Below the pieces are notes generated by a model. The model ran no database searches, was not told the origin of the DNA, and worked only from the letters and a program-made list of their open reading frames with translations. 64,000 bases of DNA from Eutreptiella sp. 'Long Island Sound 2002' (lineage: Eukaryota > Protista > Euglenida): assembly GCA_964036045.1 (NCBI GenBank), contig OZ038379.1, positions 2,480,001 through 2,544,000 of the forward strand. Direction: 5' to 3'. Shown here in pieces: positions 59,872-64,000 of this stretch (positions are counted from its first letter, which is position 1; each line of letters opens with the position of its first letter). The translations under genes and the position numbers were made by a program.

Positions 59872-62800
59872 ATGTCTTGGCTTTTGCTGATCATTCATGC
59901 GGTTGCTTTGGCGGCTACCATGGTGGGGTGGGCGGCTGTTGTGGCTTCTTCTTTGAACCATACTATGCATGCTTTGAATGGGAATGGCCCCGGCAAAGGA
60001 AGGCCAAGCAAGATTGGAAAGGCTGAGTGTTTGGTGGCTGCGCAAAAGTATAAATGTGAATGGCTTGGCGTTGTACGTGACGGGGATGTGGTGAACGATG
60101 CTGACAAAATTCGTTCTAATGGTGTTGCAATGCGTTGGCAGTGTCGAGGTTGTGGGCATGCGTTTGACCGGGAGTATCGTCATTTTTGTGAGCGTGGTCC
60201 CGAGGCACATTCCTGTGGGTCACAGAACAAAGACTTCGCGTGTAGCTTCTGTGGGCGTTCGTACAAGGATGAACGTAGTCTTGCGCGGCATCAACGTGAA
60301 AGTCAATGCGGTGAACCCGCAGCCATTGACCTTAGCGTAGCAAGGTGCACGGAAAACAAGCGTCGTGCAGGAGCGGCTGGAGCGAAGGAAGACAAGCGGC
60401 GCGCAGGAGAGATTGGGGGCAAAGGAGGTAGCAAAGAGGACAAGCGGCGTGCAGGAGAGACTGGAGGCAAAGGAGGTAGCAAGGAAGACAGGCGGCGTGC
60501 AGGACAGACCGGGGGCAAAGGAGGTAGCAAGGAAGACAAGCGGCGTGCAGGAGAGACGGGAAGCAAGGAAGACAAGCGGCGTGCAGGAGAGGCAGGAAGC
60601 AAGGAGGACAAGCGGCGTGCTGGAGAGAAGGGAAGCAAAGAAGACAAGCGACGCGCAGGAGAGATTGGGGGCAAAGGAGGTAGCAAGGAAGACAAGCGGC
60701 GTGCAGGAGAGACCGGAAGCAAGGAAGACAAGCGGTGTGCAGGAGAGACCGGAAGCAAGGAGGACAAGCGGCGTGCAGGAGAGGCAGGAAGCAAGGAGGA
60801 CAAGCGGCGTGCGGGAGAGGCAGGAAGCAAGGAGGACAAGCGGCGTGCAGGAGAGGCAGGAAGCAAGGAGGACAAGCGGCGTGCAGGAGAGGCAGGAAGC
60901 AAGGAGGACAAGCGGCGTGCAGGAGAGGCAGGAAGCAAGGAGGACAAGCAGCGTGCAGGAGAAACAGGCCGTTTGTCACGTGCGCTGAATTATGCAAGAC
61001 AGAAGATTGTAGGTACCGCTTCCACGGCCGTTAAGTATCTGTGGATGAACCACAAGGAGCGTGAGGGTGGAGCGTATCATTTGGATGATGAGGAGGATGC
61101 GTTGTTGTGTAGCAAACAAAAACCCCGCGCTGACGAGTTTAAGGGCAACTTGGTTGGAACGTCCTTATCATCCACGGTCCGAAGCTTCTGGGAGCAAGGT
61201 GGCCATGATCGTTTTACACCATTTGAGGAGGACGACCTTGTTGATGCAGAGTTAGTTGCAAAACTTGTGAAAGAAATTGAGAATGAAAAGGTGTCACCTG
61301 AGGAAATGGTGTCGCTGGCACGAGAATGGTTTGCAAAGGTTGGGCGTTGTGAAGATGTAAAAAGTTGTGGTTGTTGTGGTATACGTGACTTTCATCAAGT
61401 CAAAGAAGTTTCTTTGGAGGATTTGAAGCTGCTGGAGCTGAGCGCCCATGACGCCACTCGGTATCGGAACACACCGGCACAATTTCGCAAGCACTTTTGT
61501 GTACATGAACATGGTGGCCAACTATTCTGGCTCATTCCAGAGTTGGTGGACGAAGAAGTGGTGCCCATTTGCGTCAGTTGTCATAGACAACTTTTTAGCA
61601 AGAAGAAGCGGCCCTGCATGCCTCCTCATTCCATTGCGGCTGGCAAGCATTTTGGGCGCTTGGGTGATCTACCTGCATTGACGGACATGGAGGAACGCAT
61701 GCTCGCTCGAGTTCGAACCACCGTGAATACTGTGAAGCTTGTGTCCACCACTAGTGGTGCGGCTTCACAATGGGCAATTCGAGGACACACCATATCCATT
61801 CCACATGAGGGACCCGAGGTTCTTGCATCTCGATTACCTGATGTCAAGGCGTTGACGGGTACGAAGGTCATATTTGTGGGAAAGCAAACGGAGTTGGATG
61901 CTGTTCGTTGCAACCCCAAGACAAGGCAGCAAGTTGAACGGGTCTTTCAGCCGCGTTGGGACGCCTTGGTGCAGTGGTTACGCGTGTTGAAGGCGGTAAA
62001 CCCGTTGTATGCAAACATTGTTATTGATGAGACCGAGCCTGTAGAGGTTTCCGAGTACATGAACAATTTGTTCGATTCCATATCCGTTGGCGAGCACCCG
62101 GACGTGGTGGCTAGCGAACGGATGTCGGGTGATGACATTGCCAATCCTGAACGTACCGAGGAAGCCGCAGTTTTGGATGCTGTGATGTTGTCAGATGGAA
62201 GCTTGGTGGGCCGCGATGGAGATGACTGCACCCAAGTTTTGCAGTCCATCAAGGAGCTGTTGGCCGATAAGCGAAACACCGTTGTAGGCCGAGAGGCACG
62301 CGCGGTGAACGAGTTCACAGCGAATGATCGCTTGCTTCATTTGTCATTCCCAACACTCTTCATGTTTGGGGTTGGCATAACGCGCTGCTATGGCCTTGGT
62401 GTGGATGATACACGTCATTTGCTCCTACAGCATGACAACCGCATTGCAGAAAATCGTGATTTTTGCCTTGTACTATTCAATCAAAAGTTTCGGCACACTG
62501 CGCTACGCACCGTATCTGACTCCGTGTATTCCAATCCGGAAAAACTCAAAGCCTTTGAAAAGGCAATGAATAGTCGGACATTGGATAAGGATTTGGCAGA
62601 GGCGCATGCTAATCCACGCGGAGCTACAGCACAACGGCTTGTCGGACAATTCTTGCCGTTATTGAGAAGTTGTCATGCTGCCGTGCCTTTTAGTAGCTCC
62701 GAGCGATATGCAGTGATGGGCAAGATGAACAGCTTGTTGTTGTTCTTTGGAATGGCAACGTTGTTTTACACCTCGGCTCCCGATGACATTGATAATCAGT

Positions 62801-64000
62801 TGGTCCTTCATTTGTGCATTGGAAGCTGTAGTGCACAGGTCCCACTACCCGGTGTGTCGCAGCGTTTCGCATCTTTGGCAAAGAATCCGGTGGCTGCGGC
62901 ACGCATCTTTGAACGCCAAGTGCGCGCATTTTTGGAAGTACTTCTTGGACTACCTTCGGCAAGCGTAACGCGGAAGGATCGTCCTGTATGTACGCGCAGG
63001 AAAGGCCTATTAGGTACTTGTGTTGCGCATTGCACTTGCTACGAGTGTCAAGGTCGTGGAAGTTTGCATTTTCATGGGCTGTTTTTGGGGGGGAATACCA
63101 CCTTGGCTTTTGGATATGGTGCGGGGGAACGGTGATCTAATTCGTGCCGTGGCCGCGGTATTAGACCAGCAGATTTGTGCTTCGTTGGATGCTGAATTGC
63201 ATGATGCATGGGAACACCGCACCAGAGAAGGAGTGAAAGCACCACGCATGCTGGAGAAGCAACAGCTACTTGGAGAGTTACCCGATGACCCGCGGGCGGC
63301 AGCCAAAATTATAGAGCAATTTAGCGATGAAGTGTTTGGCAATTTGTACATTCATCGATGTTTGATCTCCAGTTGCGGCAAGCCTCCCGGAGGAAAATGT
63401 GGGTGTCAATTTGCACTGCCGCTTGCGGCGGGGGAGTACTACAGTGAGACACGGCCATACTTCTTCGTTGCGCGCAAAGGAACTGGAAATCGTTACAGCA
63501 TTGAGGTATACAAGTCGGAAGAAGAATTTGACAGACATGAGGAGTGCGTTGCATGCGTACTTGTTGTATGGGAGCTCAAACGACCGGATCCGCGAGATGG
63601 GCGTGTTGTTGAGGGCAACAAGCTTATGGCCTATCTATTCGCGAGCAACACCAACGTACAACATCTTGGTGGTGAAGATGTATTGATTGCGGTTGCCAAG
63701 TATGTGGTTGGGTATTGCAGCAAGAATCCGGTGCAGGTGGCAAACGTAATGAGTACCATTCGGCAGGTATCTCAGGAAGTCAAGGAAATGGAAAGAGGTG
63801 CAAGCAACATGAAGGACGAAACAACCTTCCTCCTCAAGCGCATTATCAATTCCTTGGACAAGAAAGTGGAGTTCAGTGCACAGATGGCAGCCATATCTCT
63901 CTTGGGTTACCCATCTTGGCATTGTTCTCACAAGTTTACTGTATTCCATCCTTGGGGGCTCATTGCTGCATTGCCAACTATGTTCTCCCTCGTTGAAGGC
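59872..64000 (+). CDS. Helitron2/Helentron-type Rep (zinc fingers, charged repeats, DUF6570-like region, HUH); one +1 frameshift at 63082-63093; runs off window
   Basis: CSFCGRSYKDERSLARHQ (C2H2-like), CGCCG, CVSC, LTDMEERMLAR..RGHTISIPH, SFPTLFMFG, FYTSAPDD, NPVAAARIF, ECQGRGSLHFHGLF. Deleting one T gives HFHGLFWGGIPPW and an open frame through HRCLISSCGK...C, KYVVGYCSK and EFSAQMAAISLLG to 64000. Confidence 0.9.
60355..60965 (+). repeat. In-frame 33/45-bp coding repeat (GSKEDKRRAGEA)n in Rep N-terminus
   Basis: About 17 copies of agcaagga(a/g)gacaagcggcgtgcaggaga. Confidence 0.95.

Larger units (their letters stand above)
58422..64000 (+). mobile_element. Helitron2/Helentron-type element, 5' part (continues beyond window)
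   Basis: The array sequence breaks at ctttctcaaaa|TCAAGACTG (A|TC junction; the intact array continues with T). 84-bp repeats and a long Rep ORF follow. The terminus position is inferred. Confidence 0.7.

Noticed and set aside
60303-60997. Antisense ORFs over the Rep repeat (likewise 42616-43317)
   Set aside because: Shadow frames of in-frame coding repeats.
1-64000. TnpB/Fanzor, tRNA, rRNA, spliced-leader RNA genes
   Set aside because: No RuvC/Zn-ribbon ORF, cloverleaf, rRNA or SL-exon match was recognised by eye; covariance-model and HMM searches would be needed to exclude them formally.

Overview
Repeat-dense, non-genic eukaryotic DNA. It has GT-AG introns and TTAGGG-like tracts. I recognised no bacterial operons, rRNA, tRNA, CRISPR array or TnpB/Fanzor. 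The RNI-type LRRs and the 'GGGTTATGTAGCCA' satellite suggest a euglenid (Eutreptiella-like), but that is recall and unverified. Left part (1-31 kb): a 5692-bp near-identical duplication carrying an LRR fragment, several satellite families and decayed ORFs. Middle: a canonical Helitron on the minus strand (RepHel start about 44052, 3' hairpin+CTAG at 31511). It is interrupted by two copies of a CCC...GGG cut-and-paste transposon with 2-bp TSDs (33069-34297 and 37884-42615), whose introns consist of GCGCGC-type motifs phased about every 21 bp. Upstream lie co-oriented intact ORFs: a small PIP-box protein sharing an unrecognised N-terminal domain with the RepHel, a tandem GRF-zinc-finger/RRM-like protein and an F-box-like protein. 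Next is an endonuclease-less Penelope-like RT element (YRDN) between perfect 155-bp direct repeats, with a circularly permuted hammerhead-like motif at its 3' end. Right end: a ~1.2-kb tandem array with IR-flanked TTAGGG-like tracts, which shares a 33-bp terminus with a nearly intact Helitron2/Helentron-type Rep gene (59872 to beyond 64000).
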